A DNA stretch of 58,709 bases, filler included, from Streblomastix strix (Eukaryota): assembly GCA_008636045.1 (NCBI GenBank). It is 3 parts of 3 records of this genome, joined end to end, with 100 filler letters (N's around TTAATTAATTAA, not from the genome) between each part and the next. Parts side by side here need not be neighbours in the genome. Positions count along the whole stretch, not along the records: positions 39,232 to 58,709 come from SNRW01000510.1; 2 more parts are not named here. One strand, 5' to 3'. The notes beneath the pieces were generated by a model. That model did no database searches. It saw nothing but the letters and a program-made list of their open reading frames with translations, and was not told the DNA's origin. The position numbers and the translations under genes are program-made. Of the stretch, positions 42,131 through 55,915 are shown piece by piece (within the stretch, counting starts at the first letter, position 1; each line of letters opens with the position of its first letter).

Positions 42131-43290
42131 AATGCAATCTTTGAATTAAAAAACTATTGCTGAAATCGAAGATCAGAATAATACCTTTACTGCTGAAGAA
42201 TTAGCCATTAAGCTTCGAGAGTCGAATGCAAAAAGATTGAAAGGAATATAAAATATTTGCTTAATGAGTTTGGAAGTGCCCTATATTTTCACTCCTGCTT
42301 GCCGCGCTGTTGCTTTCTCATTACTTCTTCCAAACGAAATAAAATAAAATTAATTATTTGCTATGGTTGAAAGAGCGCTTCGAACTGCAAAAAGACGCGA
42401 TGATGAAAGAGATTTCTCAAGTTCTTTGAAAAAAGCCATAACAAACTGACGAGGACCAGGAAAAAGACCGTTATATCTTGTTATGCTTAATTCATATATA
42501 ATGTCTGAGACAATAGACACTTTAGAGAGATAAGATATGAACAGTATGAGCAGGTTTTTACGAATTTTGTTGTAATTGAATTTTTTTATTTTTCAATAAC
42601 AGTTCAATTTCTAAAAGGTGAAAGTATTAAGCCAGAATATACTGATATGATGTGAGGTTTCACAACACTAATAAAAGGTTTGATATCACTTTATTTACAA
42701 AATTTAATATAAAATTTTGATATTTTAGAATAATCATTATTATCCGACGATCTGAGGCCGCACTTGATTGTTATAGCCCATCATGCGATTTAAACAATGA
42801 GAATATATTTGCATTCAATTTGAATTAGGTAGTTATTCCAAAAGGATGTATTGATGCTAAAATCACTTCAATACAAAATGGATTATTTGAGTAAGTATCT
42901 TCTGATTTGAATGTAAGTTATTATGGAGATTATCAATACATTCATGAAAAGAGAAATTATCTTTAGCCAAAGATTAGACTCCATGAATAATTCCATACTC
43001 TCTTCCCATTTATACCTTTAACTTTGGATGAATTTTACAAAAGAACACGATATATAATTGAGCCGAAGAACCGCACCGACATCTGTAGTTCTTACCATAC
43101 AGCAGAAATGATATTATCTAAAATAAGATGAGAAGCGAAACAAATAATAAATTTATCCAAAAGTGAATAAGAGTTTCTAACCTTGTGGCGAGTTCATTAT
43201 TTTGAAGCGTAGCATCAACGTTAGTGCATGCATTAGGATATATTCAATTAATTGTTAAAGAATAAGTGCGATTAATTGATGGCATAATAA
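42131..43290 (+). pseudogene. Decayed intron-containing ORF, possibly a DNA transposase fragment
   Basis: Long TAR=Gln frames interrupted by TGA. IIEPKNRTDICSSY...HYFEAQHQRQCMHQD resembles the P..D.C..C / H...A..R pattern of some DDE transposases. Family not established. Confidence 0.3.
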
Positions 43291-44482
43291 AAAAATAAAA
43301 TTGATAAGATTTAAATTGAAAATTTTAAATTTTTTATAAATTTTATTAAAAAATTAAAAAAAATCAATATTTTTAGCTTAATACATATATATGAACTTTA
43401 ATTATATATATATGACTTTATACTAATAACATATTAAATATTAATATGAATTAAAATTAAGGTATTACGTGCATCAAATCAATCTCCCAAATATTATTTT
43501 TAGTGATATTTAATAATTATTTATAAATTGAATATGAATTTTTAATCGTTAAATCTTATCTTTTTCTGCTCCCATTAATCCATTGTATTAATTATTAAGT
43601 TATTGCTTTCTTTAATATCTTCATATTCTTAATCAATCTCTTCTTCATTAAATCTGCAATTAATTAGACTATCGAGTCCCGAAAACAAAGACAATATGCT
43701 TATTTCTTTTTCTACTTTTTAAGTATAAATATGAATCTATAATCTTTCTATACCTTGAATCACCATCACTACTTAATTTCTTGATAATTACATAGTTCTT
43801 TCATCAGATATTTAAGATATCACTTCATCAACTTATTACTACAGGTCGAAGCCTAATAAATCCAATTTACATTCAAGATGATCCATAAATGGTTTGGTTT
43901 AAAATTATTTAAATCAATATACTTTAATAGTAATCTTTCACTAATTATTTACTTGCTAATTGTTAAACCAGCTTATATTATCCAATGATGTTTATTATTA
44001 GTGCAACAAAACAAATCAATCTCATAATTTTCATTTTTATAAACTTTAATTTATCAATTATTTTTAATGTTATATCCATATAAATTGCTATGTAAATATA
44101 ATCTTTCATCAACTGTTAAACTAGTACAATTTATTCAATCACTTAGCCATGTCTGTTAATTACCTAATCCCTTATTTATTTTCTTTTCTATTCATTTAAT
44201 GATTTATTTATATCATTATCAATAATAGCTAATCTTTATCATCTTGCAATATCCATAGTCCATCTCGATTTATAACCGATGTATTTATTCGTTAAAAAAT
44301 TAATATAATTATATATATTTAGTTGCATCTCTAATTCTATCACCTAGTGTTTAAGTATAAATTTAATCAAATTATTTATATAATTGTATATTTTATTAAT
44401 TGTTTTATGATGATTTCAATGCATCGATTGCTAACAAAATTGAACTCAATGCGTAGTCAATTGTTGGATTCTTATTGTCTGC

Positions 44483-44519
<37 letters not shown>

Positions 44520-45500
44520 ATTTAAATATAACAAACTCGTTTACTTTTAAAATAAGTTTAATTATTTAATTTTTTAGTTTTCTATTTTGTACAGATTTAA
44601 TTCTATTAGATATAAGCACATTGACACATTGGCAGCTATTTTTAAGAATGAGTTAGAAATGTCTTTTGGATGGGGACTCTGGGGACACTTTATTGACATT
44701 CAGCCGTAGGCTGAATCTTCGACATACTCAACTCAATTTATCGTGCCAAAATCATAAATTTTTAATGAATATGAATTAAAGGTTTTATTTTACGAGAATA
44801 ATTAATTATTTTTATTATAATTAAAATGATTAATCCAACTATTCCAGAAGTGGAATCATAATTCGAATAAGAAATTATAATACAAATAGACCCATTTTAA
44901 TAACCATTTCAGGCTCAAATTATTATATATGAAATGTCAACCTTATCAACTAAGTGCAGAATTTCAATACTTGAAGAAACATTAAGTAATTTATTAAACA
45001 AATGTAAAATTAATTTTCAAAATGAAAAATTCGTCTAATTTCGGATTTTAAACATTCGCCTCCTCCAAAAATATTGTGAAGTCTATTTAAATGAAATTTA
45101 AAATTTTAAGATGATATTTTAAAACATTTTCATAAATTATAGCATTTGAACTATTTAGGCAATCAATTATCAAAATAATAAAAAAATATTTAAAGTTAGT
45201 AGATTAGAATCTATTTTTCGATTTTATTTAGAAAATTTGAAAGTTATATGATCCAATGTTTGTGAATCATAAAACGATGGAAGAATATTTTTAAAAATTA
45301 ATATTAAAAAATATCTAACTTATTATTTTTTTATTGAATATTTATATATATTTACATACTTATGCCAGAATTAATTCATTATTGAAAATTTCCTGTTTTG
45401 TGTTTCATAGGAATATATGAAATAAATGGAAAAGGACATAGTATTTTTACTTTATATATATATATTTAAATTATATTTGAATATTTTTACTCATCATAGA

Positions 45501-46553
45501 ATGAGCAAGTAGAAATTCTTTTTCACAAGGTTTGATTGGGTTCGATATCACGCCGTTGCGGAGTTTTTATTCGAGCAGGGCTACAACTATGTCCAAGTTT
45601 TTGTTGAACTAATGAGAGTTTACGGAAATTTAGTTTCAGAACCCGATTCAATAAGACGCTGGTAAAGAAAATGGGAAATTGGGTTTCCCCTCATGTCAAT
45701 GCTTGATGGAACTGGAAGATCTAAAGTATCAGGCTATAAAGAACGAATAGAAAAAATTTTAATTGAAAACAAATATATAAGTTTAACCAGAATAGCAGAA
45801 GAAATTAAATTAAAGAGATTTACGATAAAGAGAATAATTAAAGTAGAAACTGATTTTCGAAGAGTTGCATTGTGTTAGGTTCCTTATACGTTAACGAATG
45901 AAATTAATACTAAAAGAGTTTATAAATCTCGAATCATGCTAGAAATGCTTACTAATATGAGACGTGATGGATTTATCTACTCAAATACTGGTGATGAAAT
46001 ATGTATATATTATCGAAATCACACAAATTCTGCATCGATTCGCAAAGGTGACGATATACCAACGCGTGATACAAAAGGTATAGGCTCGCTAAAGGAAATT
46101 GTTACAGTATTTTTTTCGGGGAAAAGAATGTGATTGGTTAAAGCATTAAATAATGGGTTATCTATGAATTCTGATAGATTTATAGAACTTATACTTAATC
46201 CAATGTTTCAAAGTATAAAAGATGAGATTTCATCCAATATTGAACCACTTCTTCATTTTAACAACGCCACTGCCCGAACTGCGGCAAAAAACAAATTCAT
46301 TTATAAAAACAACTTTAATAGACTTCCTCAACCTCCATACTCACCTGATCTTTCTCCTTCAGATTTCTACTTATTTGGGTATTTAAATGTAGGATTAAAT
46401 GATATTACTTTTGAATCAGCGGAATAAGCACTTGCAGCAACAAAATAGATCCTTCAGAAAATAGATTCAAGGACTTTAAAAAGGATATTTAATAACTGGC
46501 TTATTAGACTGAGATATATAACAGACTCAGATGGTGCTTACTATGAGGATTGA
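45501..46553 (+). pseudogene. mariner (DD34D-type) transposase pseudogene
   Basis: HTH region ELMRVYG..SIRRW..GR, CQVPYTL (WVPHEL-like), TGDE, LLHFNNA (second Asp changed to Asn), QPPYSPDLSPSDFYLFG, and C-terminal W..RL.....DGAYYED-TGA. Internal TGA at 46131-46133 and a 5' frameshift. Confidence 0.9.
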
Positions 46554-49246
46554 AACGTTATCATATATATAATTAATAGTCTTATGTTATACAGTCCTTA
46601 CTGACAATTTGTACAAAACAATATGTACTAAATAGAAAAAATGTCTCATTTCTTAATATAATATTATTGAACATATGGGTTATTAATTAAATTGAAGATT
46701 AAAATTTTTGTATTAAATGAAGATAATATCAATTTAAGATTAATGCAATTAAAATTATCATACTTTTTCAATTTGTGTATAAATTTCTTTCATATTTTAG
46801 AATTCTCTAAAAATTTATGCTTGCTATTCTAATTTACTCTACGTAGGTATGCACAACTAATGAAAATTGAAATATAAAAAATTTTTCTTTATTTTTAATT
46901 ATTAAATAAAAATAATTAAATTATTTTAATTAAAAAATATTTTAAAAATAAAAATATTAAATTATCAATATAAATTTTTCTAAAATAGTATAAATCATTT
47001 AAATTTAAATGAATTTTATCTTTACTGCATTATAATCTTTTTCCACTAACAATAAAAGGCTTTAAAGCTTTGTTCAGCATAATGCATGGAAATTTGCATC
47101 CATTCAGATTTTACTACAGTTTCCCTTCCACTATATAATTATTTTAGTAGATTATGAAGAAAATTAAAGATAATGATTTATTAATTATAGGAATTTTTAA
47201 TCATATGATAGAGATATAAAATGCAATGCTTAAGATAATGGAATTGGATATCTTATTTAAAAAAATAAATTTAGAAATAATCAATCTAATAATTTTAATT
47301 AATGAAATAATCAATCTTCTTATTCTATATCTGATAAGTTTTCAAAGTAATCCGTATTTTCTATCTTTTAATCTTCTTCATCCGAAGCGTAATATTCAAT
47401 TTCTTCTAAAGACTCGTCTTCGGAATACTAATTTCTTAATTTAAGCGTTTCCGCGCTCGAGTGACATAAACGTTTTTTTTTTAATAAAATTTTTAAAATA
47501 ATTTTAAAAATAATTTTCTTAAATTTAAAAAACTTATTTTTTGCATATCTCAAAAAAAAGTAATTATATAATTCTAAAATTTTTTTTTATTAGTCTGGTT
47601 GTATTTATCATAAATTTGTATTTATACTTATTTATTTAATTTTTAAATTATACTTATCATAAAATATTACAGTTTCCGAGGTTTAAGGGGCAGAAAATCG
47701 TTTTTTCATTTTTTACGGTTGTTTCGATTGCATTTATGGCTTTTAATTATATTAAATTAATATAATATTTTTTATAGTTACTAAATAATAAAAAATTCAA
47801 AAATTTATAGTTATACGTTGCAACAAAAAACGTCTTTTATTTTATTTTTGCGAATTGCACTTATCACATAAAGCAAAAAATCAAATAAATAATAGAATCA
47901 GTTATTAAATAAATTTTATTACACTAAATTACCAAAAATGAAATGTTTGAAAAATTGAATAGCGTAAAAAAAATGGAAAATATAAAAATTTGCTGATTAT
48001 TGCTCGTACAGCCGCAACAAATTATCGTATTTGAAATTATTGCATCACAATTAATTTAACATATTAACATAAATAAGTTTTTAATAAAAAATTATTTTTT
48101 TTATTGATTTCTAGAATTTAATTAAATATTTTCAATTTTAAATAAAAATAGCAGAGGAAAAAAAGAAAAAATTCGTTCAAAAAGTGCAAATTATAATTTT
48201 AGCTTATATTTATTAGATTTAACGGAAAAAAAGAAATAATAATTTGTTTACAGAGAAGCGAAGGAGAAACGAAATAGAAGAGTTGAAATAAAAAAATAAA
48301 ACAAAGAGAATCTTAAAATTAGATGATAAAGAAAAATTTTACAATAATAATAAATTAGGAATAATTATTCAACATTTCATTATTTTGTAAATGTGGTCCT
48401 TCTTCTTGAACCCCCACCTTTACCAATATCCTTCTGTATTATGAATTAGGAATAAAAATAATTCTAATAAGGAATTATCAAGATAAAGGAAATGCACTGG
48501 ATTCCACAAAAGTAGCTCTTGCAAGAATAAGCCCATTCGTTAGAACTGTATAAATTACTACATTTGATATCGATACCGGGCTGGTACTTGCAATTAATTT
48601 TAGAAAAAAATGATCAGAATAAGCTATTAATGGAAAAAAGTAAAGTATTTGATTCAATTTGCAGAACTCCAAGTATCTCTTCATGCTTTCCATATATTTA
48701 TCTAATAATATATTTACAAGAAATATGTTCCTTCATACCTTTGATTTTCGCTCATTTTATTCAATAACAAAAGCAGTTAAGTGAAAAAGGAGAATGCCCA
48801 ACATTGAAAATTAAAATAAAATAAAGTAAAAAAAATATTAATAATAAATAATGAAAAAAATTACTGTTAAACGAAATAAAGTTTAAAAATAATATAGATG
48901 AAAATAAATACTTGAATAAGATTATTGAAATGGATATTAAATATGATAAATGAAAGTGGAAATTGAAGTAAATTAGTGATAAACGTTATTGATTGATATT
49001 CTTGAAATGTATCTCACTTTCCTTTTAACATAACTACTCGCAGAGCTAAAGACGCGATTAATAGTTTGGTTATTGTATTTCATTAATATAAAACTAAAAT
49101 ATGTTTAAGAAACGATAATGAAAAGCGTTAATAAATATCGGTAATTTATTGAATGTTTATAATTTTCGAATAGTTTTTCTGAGTGTTCAGGGTCATAAAA
49201 CATTAGTGAAATTTATAGAATTGGCACGAAAAAATTGCTTCGTTAA

Positions 49247-49339
49247 TGAATGACGTTTGAGTGTTCCGAGTGTTCCGAGTCAAAAACTTTCATCAATAAC
49301 TGCAGCCAGACTGCGATTCTGCCAGAAGTGAAAAAAAAT
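49247..49339 (+). repeat. Intergenic viral repeat, copy A (2 x 9-bp GAGTGTTCC plus ~60-bp core)
   Basis: TGAATGACGTTT-GAGTGTTCC-GAGTGTTCC-GAGTCAAAAACTTTCATCAATAACTGCAGCCAGACTGCGATTCTGCCAGAAGTGAAAA. Confidence 0.9.
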
Positions 49340-49348
49340 AAATATTAT

Positions 49349-51813
49349 TCAAACATTGATTGAGTCATTAGCATCTTTTTTAATGTCTTGGTCATCTTCT
49401 CTTAATCTATCATATATTTTTATTAAATCTTCATTCAATTTATATATCCATATTCATTTTCCTAATATTATTTAATATTTTCTTTGACATTTATTTTTTA
49501 ATTGTAATTAGAGTGATTTCTCTTTAACATCCAACGGTTTGGATTATAGTGCTATAGTGCAGTGAACGCATTATTTAAACAACTGATAATTTTATAAGAT
49601 TACATCTTCATTCTATGAGCGTGATGCTCTAATTATGTCTTTTTTCGCATCTGTGAATGAAATCATTCTTTAATTCCATTTACTTACATCCCTGCTCATA
49701 AAATATGTAAATGAATTGTTATAAAATTCAGTTGAGAAGACTTTAGATAAAGATGTGAAATATTCAACATTGTCCCTATGAATTGTCTTACATCTGCATA
49801 CAACATAACACCTATCATTAGTTTCAATTTTGATTGGGAAATCGTTGTTGATTATTATCAACAAATTCATTGTATTTTCTTCTGTTCTATTTAGCCAATG
49901 ATTTTCATTAATTCTTATTTGACTATCCGTTACTATTAACTTCAACGCGTCCAAGTTCGAATATCATGCTTATCCAAAGTTTTTAAGTTCATTAATTATT
50001 CCAAGAATTATATTCTCAACGATAGAATTAAATTTACCTGAAAATTCATCAATATCTGTAATATTTTAAATGAATAACTTACTAATAGCTCACATAAAAC
50101 ATCACTGAATCTATTACTGCCTATTCCTTGTCTGCCTTATAATATCAATGCCACTTTTGATTTAAAATAAGCCTTTTATATCACAAATACAATCCAATTA
50201 AATATATAATTGTTTAAATTTTCATTCACTGCTGAAATTATTTCTGATATTAATTCAAAATAATCACTAATCAAGACTTCATTTACTGAGGATAATTGTT
50301 AATATTTATTGTTTTAAAATATATTGAATATTTCAGGGTCTTAACTAATAAATTTAATACCTTTCATCATATATAAAGAATAAAATTATTCGCAAATTTA
50401 TTTCAATGATAAAATTTTTTAATTTTCTTTCCATTGAATAGTCATTTATAATTGTTCATATATTGGAGTTTTATTCATGTATTAAATTTGATACTTTTCA
50501 TTAATTGCATCGTAGTATTTCACTTTAAATACTAAGCTACCATCGCATTGTGCACAGCGTAATATTCTTGTTAAATCTTATTCTACCTAATCAATCTTTT
50601 ATATACTTTATTTGTTATAATTTTCAATATTTTTAATAAAGAAAAACTAACATTTAAATCATTTTATTATTAATTTATTTTTATTTATTCACCATATAAT
50701 TAATTTGCAAGATTAGGCTTTATAACATCGAAGTAATACTATGGATTATGATATTTGACAAATTTTATAGAACCCACGGATTTTCATAAGAATAAAATCT
50801 TGACCCTTTGAGCTCCCAATTTTGAATCGCATTATCAGTTAAATTATATTATGCTTAATCCCCGTTATATGCATCATCAACGTATTATTTAATTTCACTT
50901 CCAAGTAATCAATCAACTGATGCAGGTCCATTTAGTCCCATAAATAAATAAAATAATGTTATTTCTCGTTCGACTTTCTAAGCATCATTATGTATCTATA
51001 AATGTTAAATTCCATCAACTAATAAATCAGCAAATTCTTTATTCATTTTTCTTATTGAGCCGTCATTATTAATTATTAGCTTCTCCTCTTCAAATTATGC
51101 TCTTAAATCTACACCATAAATATCTAATATATCGTCTAATTTTGCCAAATTATTTTTTTCCATCATATTATTTAAATCATAATATTTTAAATTTATTTTT
51201 TTCTTACTTTTTCCTCTCTGATTGTTGAGTTTGGAAGAACTATAAGTCTTTAATTTTCATCGATGTGAGCAAATATATCAACATCAAAGTTTTCAGTATG
51301 AATGATTTTGATTTATGAATTATTTTTTAGTTGGCATCCATCACTATCTAAAAATACATATAATCTTACATATACTGTCTTAATGAATCCAACATTAGAA
51401 GGTAAATTTTCAATAATTTAATTTCTAATTTCTGTTATTTTTTCATCCGATAAATCTTTTTTTGATATTAAAATCCTTTACGCATAATTAATCATCGCAT
51501 TTGTCAAAATCTACTGATGAACTTGTTTTTGAAGTTTTTCCCCATCCGTTTGTTTCTTATAGTTATATAATGGAGTGATTGCATCATTGATACGTTCGCA
51601 AATTTTTAAATTATTATATTTCGAATTATTGTTTGATAAATTTGTTTGAAGAGCTAATAAAATTTTGTTAATTTATCACTTTTTCTTTTGTTCATCGGTC
51701 CTTTTATCTGCTATTTCTATTGGATATAACAGATTGATTATTTGGCTGGTTTGGCTGGTTGATGGATTATAATTACCGATACATTCGGTAGATTCAAATT
51801 CTTTTGTTGCCAT
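49349..51813 (-). pseudogene. Primase(-polymerase)/D5-like SF3 helicase fusion relic, copy 2
   Basis: ATG 51813 (MATKEFESTECIG..). Degenerate primase-like motifs near 51300-51490 (FIKTVYVRL for KT..GG.H; FDVDIFAH). Helicase part: GRQGIGSNRF, FSGKFNSIVENI, MDALKLIVTDSQIRINE..IINNDFPIKIETNDRCYVV. Stop at 49349-49351. Multiple frameshifts and TGAs. Confidence 0.75.
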
Positions 51814-51925
51814 TATATATATAGTTAAAAAGTTCAATTAATTAAAAATTCTTTTAAGAAATTTTTTTAAATAAGTTTAAATTTTAATTTTTTTAAATTT
51901 TTTTATTTGGCACAAGCATATTTCT

Positions 51926-52036
51926 ATTTTTTTTCATTTCTAGCAGAATGGCAGTCTGTCAGCAGTTTTTGATGAAATATTTTGACTCGGAACATTCGGA
52001 ACACTCTGAACACTCGGAACATTCAATCGTCATTCA
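51926..52036 (-). repeat. Intergenic viral repeat, copy B (4 x 9-bp unit), inverted relative to A and C
   Basis: Reverse complement reads TGAATGACGATT-GAATGTTCC-GAGTGTTCA-GAGTGTTCC-GAATGTTCC-GAGTCAAAATATTTCATCAAAAACTGCTGACAGACTGCCATTCTGCTAGAAATGAAAA. Confidence 0.9.
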
Positions 52037-52277
52037 CTATCCACATCAATTTTTCTTACAAAAATCAAGTACTTTTATATTTCGAAATTAGAATATTGAA
52101 AAATAACTTTTTTTTCATGAAATTTTTAAATCGTTTGATAATCAACTATATACACAATTCATATACACTGATTCCGAAAATATCATTTTTAGCTCAATCT
52201 AAAACTTTTGATGGACGTGAATTATTGGTTTTATTTTACTTGAATAATTAATTATTTTTATTATAATTAAAATTAAA

Positions 52278-52870
52278 ACGAAGAGTCAAACAATTCCAGA
52301 AGTAGAACCATAGTTCGAAAATGAACTATAATTTGAAAAGGAAATTGACCCATTTCAACAACCATTTCAGCAACCATCTCAGATGTAGGTTTGTAGATGT
52401 GAAACGCCAACCTTGCCAGCTAATCGCAGAAGTTCAATAATTGAAGAAATATTAACCCTAGATTCGTCTTTACGTCTTTGGCTGTTGGATATCATTAGTG
52501 AAGATGAAAATATGGTTAAGGGATCGGTGCACTTCGTATTGTCTGAAAATTAATTGATTCGAGTTGTTGCTTACACATTTGACGTCCAAGAAAGTAAAGT
52601 TTAATTGAGTATGGAGGATGAAGGATGTTGCGGTAGGTTTTGCAGCGACTCAACTTAAATATTAAATAAGATACTAATTGGGAACGTAAATATATTAAAA
52701 TTAGATGTCGAAAAAGTAAATTTATTAAGTGATAGCTATAAAATATATTTATAAAAAACAAGAAAAATAACAAGTATTTTAGATTTAGGAGAAATAACAA
52801 GCAAAATTATTAGTACAGTATCTAAAGGATTAATGATAGTGTTATACATAATTGGATGTCTTTAAAAAAT
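52278..52870 (+). pseudogene. Unknown virus-cluster ORF (~195 aa); start apparently mutated to ACG, stop unclear
   Basis: Open with TAR=Gln: (T)KSQTIPEVEPQFENE..LRLWLLDIISEDENMVKGSVHFVLSENQLIRVVAYTFDV..EDEGCCGRFCSD.. Confidence 0.5.
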
Positions 52871-52888
52871 TGATTTTATTTTTATAAA

Positions 52889-55831
52889 ATGGATGGAGAT
52901 TTACACATGCATGATGTTGTTTTAAATCATCAAAAAATGCTTTATGGTTCAAATATATATAACACTATTGGCTTAATTAATGAAGGTAAAAATGTAGCAA
53001 ATTTAATAAATATAATTAATGAAGCACCAAAACCTTATAATCATGAAGAAATTGATGAAATGTTAAATAAAAATTTAAATATTTCAGATTAAATCGATGC
53101 ATACACTAAGACAGAAGATGATGCTCTGCTGTTGTTGAAGGCTGATAAATCTGAGCTCATTGATGCTTATTCAAAGACAGAAGCCGATGCCTTATTCAAT
53201 GATAAATTAAATATTTCTGACTAATTTGATGCTCATTCAAAGAAAGAAGATGATACTCTGTTTTTGTTGAAAGTTGATAAAACAAAATTGATTGATTCAT
53301 ATTCGAAGACGGACTCCGATACCATACTCGACGACAAATTAAGTATTTTTGTTTAAATTTATACATTCACTAAATAAGAAGATGATGCACTTCTGTTTTT
53401 GAAGGCTAATAAAACTGAGCTTATTGATACATATAATAAAACTGAAGCCGAAGTCCTACTCGATGATAAATTAAACATATCCGATTAAATCGATGCATTC
53501 ACCAAATAAGAAGGTGATGCTATGCTCTTGTTGAAAGCTAATAAAACAGATCTGGATAAAAATGTTGATTTAACATCAACATAAGCGACAATAGGTCAAA
53601 AATAATTCGAAATAATTAGTGTTTGCTGCATATCAAAATAGAATAAAAATGATGTTTCTATTCTTCTTGCTGGCGGTGGAGATATGTTAGTAAGTTCTTT
53701 AATATCACACCCACAATTATAAGAAGTGCGAGATATCACTTCAGGTAAATCAAAATGATATGTCTTTGTAACTATAGATGAGATGAATATTTGGATGGAA
53801 TATTAGGAAAACGTTGCAAAATTAGCAATTGGTGATAATTTATATATAGTTGATAAACAAGTCATGGATTATCGGTAGGATGGTACTGGTCTTCGAGCTC
53901 TAGAAACAGAACTGCCAAATATGAGCAACGTCATAACCATTCATGGAACAGCTACTGGAGGAGACAATGCAATAACAGATTTATCATTTAATGGAAATAT
54001 ATTAATATCTGTGAAAAATAGTTGATTTACAATGATTAATTATGATGAATCTATTATAGGTTAAAAGACTTTTAATACAATTATTCATTCAGTCGCAATA
54101 ATGGTTCAAAACTGCGATAAAAATTCAGTTGTTTGTGCTGATGGTGGTATTAAGGCAATAAAAGTCATAAATGCAAGCGTTGATTTTTCAAACTATTATA
54201 ATAAATCATAAACATATTCATAAACTGAAACAGATTAAAAATTAAATCTAAAATTAAACGTAAGCGATTAAATTGATGCATACACTAAGACATAAGATGA
54301 TGCGCTGCTGTTGTTGAAGGCTGACAAAACATAATTAATTGATGCATACAATAAAATAGAAGTTGATGCCCTACTCGACGATAAATTATACGATAGCGAT
54401 TAAATTGATTCATACACTAAAGGAGAAGATGATGCTCTGCTGTTGTTGAAGGCTGATAAAACATAATTGATTGATGCATATACTAAAGGGGAAACCGATA
54501 ACCTGCTCATAAATAAAGCTAATTCAGGTGTTTCATATACAAAAGGAGAAGATGATGCGTTGCTGTTATTGAAGGCTGATAAGACATAACTAATCGATTC
54601 ATACACTAAAGGCGAAACCAATAATCTTTTAAATATTAAAGCCGATTCCGGAGTTTCATACACAAAAGGAGAAGATGATGCGCTCTTGTTATTGAAGGCT
54701 GATAAATCATAATTAATGGAAGTATATATTAAAACAGAATTTGATCCATTATTCGACAATAAATTAAACGTAAGCGATTAAATTGATGCATATTCGAGGA
54801 CATAAGATGATGCTCTGTTGATATTGAAGGCTGATAAAACAAAATTGATTAATCCATACACAAAATGAGAAGCCGATAATCTGCTCAATAGTAAAGCTAA
54901 TTCAGGAGTTTCATATATAAAAGGAGAGGATGATGATCTGTTATTGTTGAAAGCATATTAATTAACAACTAATATCAAGACGGAAACTGATTATTTGATA
55001 TCATAAATTGAAGTTGGTGATGTTGATTTAAGTGGTTATATGACCTTAGTTACTGCATAAACAATAAGTGCTAATATGACGTTTAATAATAATTGTAGGT
55101 TCGTAAGTTCTATCGATGGAATGGCAACAGTTACAAGAGCATTATTTGTTAAATCTGGTGCCGATAATACTGTTGCATTACTTGGAGTTGGTAGAACAAA
55201 ACCAATCTCTGAATTTTCCTGTTCAGCAGATGATTCTAATTACTTAAAAAATTGGAGATATATAAGATATTTAATGAATTTTATGAAAAACTACACTAAT
55301 TTATCCATACCCTGAACCAACAGATGATGACTATATAACTTAGGGAGCAGTTAAAAGTGAATTCGTTTCATCTATTTATAGTGGTTCAATTAGTGGTAAT
55401 CTAACAGCAACATCATTTATAAAATTAGGTAAAGATAAAACATCTGTTTTGTTGGCAAGTGGTGGCGACCGATTATTATCAGATTTTTCAAGTGATGGAG
55501 CAACACTTGAAATTTTAACTAGTTAAATTGCAAATTATGAAAAATTATTTGATTTTAATTACTCATTACTTGAATTTATTAAATTTAGAAATTTATATTT
55601 ATTTAAATTATAAGCTACACCAAAATATGAAGAATTTACTCCAAGTATGAAAAATAAATAGGAACTTTGCTAGAAATGCATGCGCCAACAATAAGCAAAT
55701 TATGTATACCAGTTGGTAATCCATATTGTGGTTTTAAATCTAATATTATAAATACAGGGGAAATTAGATGTTATACTGTTGGAGCCAGTCAGGTTGAATA
55801 GATAAGATTTTCAGGTATATGGATTAAATGA
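52889..55831 (+). pseudogene. Viral fibre/spike-like protein with YTK.E.DALLLLKADK repeats (~980 codons)
   Basis: About 20 half-units alternating YTKxEDDALLLLKADKTQLIDA and YxKxExDxLLxxKLNxSDQIDA/KANSGVS. Also Q.IIGQKTF, SVLLAxGGD, AKLAIGDNLYIVDKQVMDY and a C-terminal tip-like domain (GTLLEMHAP..GEIRCY..FSGIWIK-TGA 55829-55831). In-frame TGAs at 53756, 54023 and 54866, and frameshifts after ~55250. Confidence 0.7.
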
Positions 55832-55915
55832 AAACCATTAATCCATTTAATTAATGACTCTGCTTATAATTGCTTGAAATTATTTGGATTAATTATTTAT
55901 TTTTATTGAATATAA

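Noticed and set aside
44585..46615. Terminal inverted repeats for the mariner copy
   Set aside because: No convincing inverted match to the candidate right end (~46590-46613) was found upstream.
54400..54759. Minus-strand 119-aa repeat ORF
   Set aside because: Antisense shadow of the fibre repeats.
53756..54868. TGA read-through or recoding in the viral fibre gene
   Set aside because: The TGA at 54866 sits where sister repeats have GGA/GGG/GGC, and frameshifts co-occur in the gene, so mutational decay is the simpler explanation.
53050..54990. Regularly spaced repeats suggesting a CRISPR-like array
   Set aside because: Units are in-frame, vary mostly at synonymous positions, and the intervening segments are themselves repeats. 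No cas genes; eukaryotic context.
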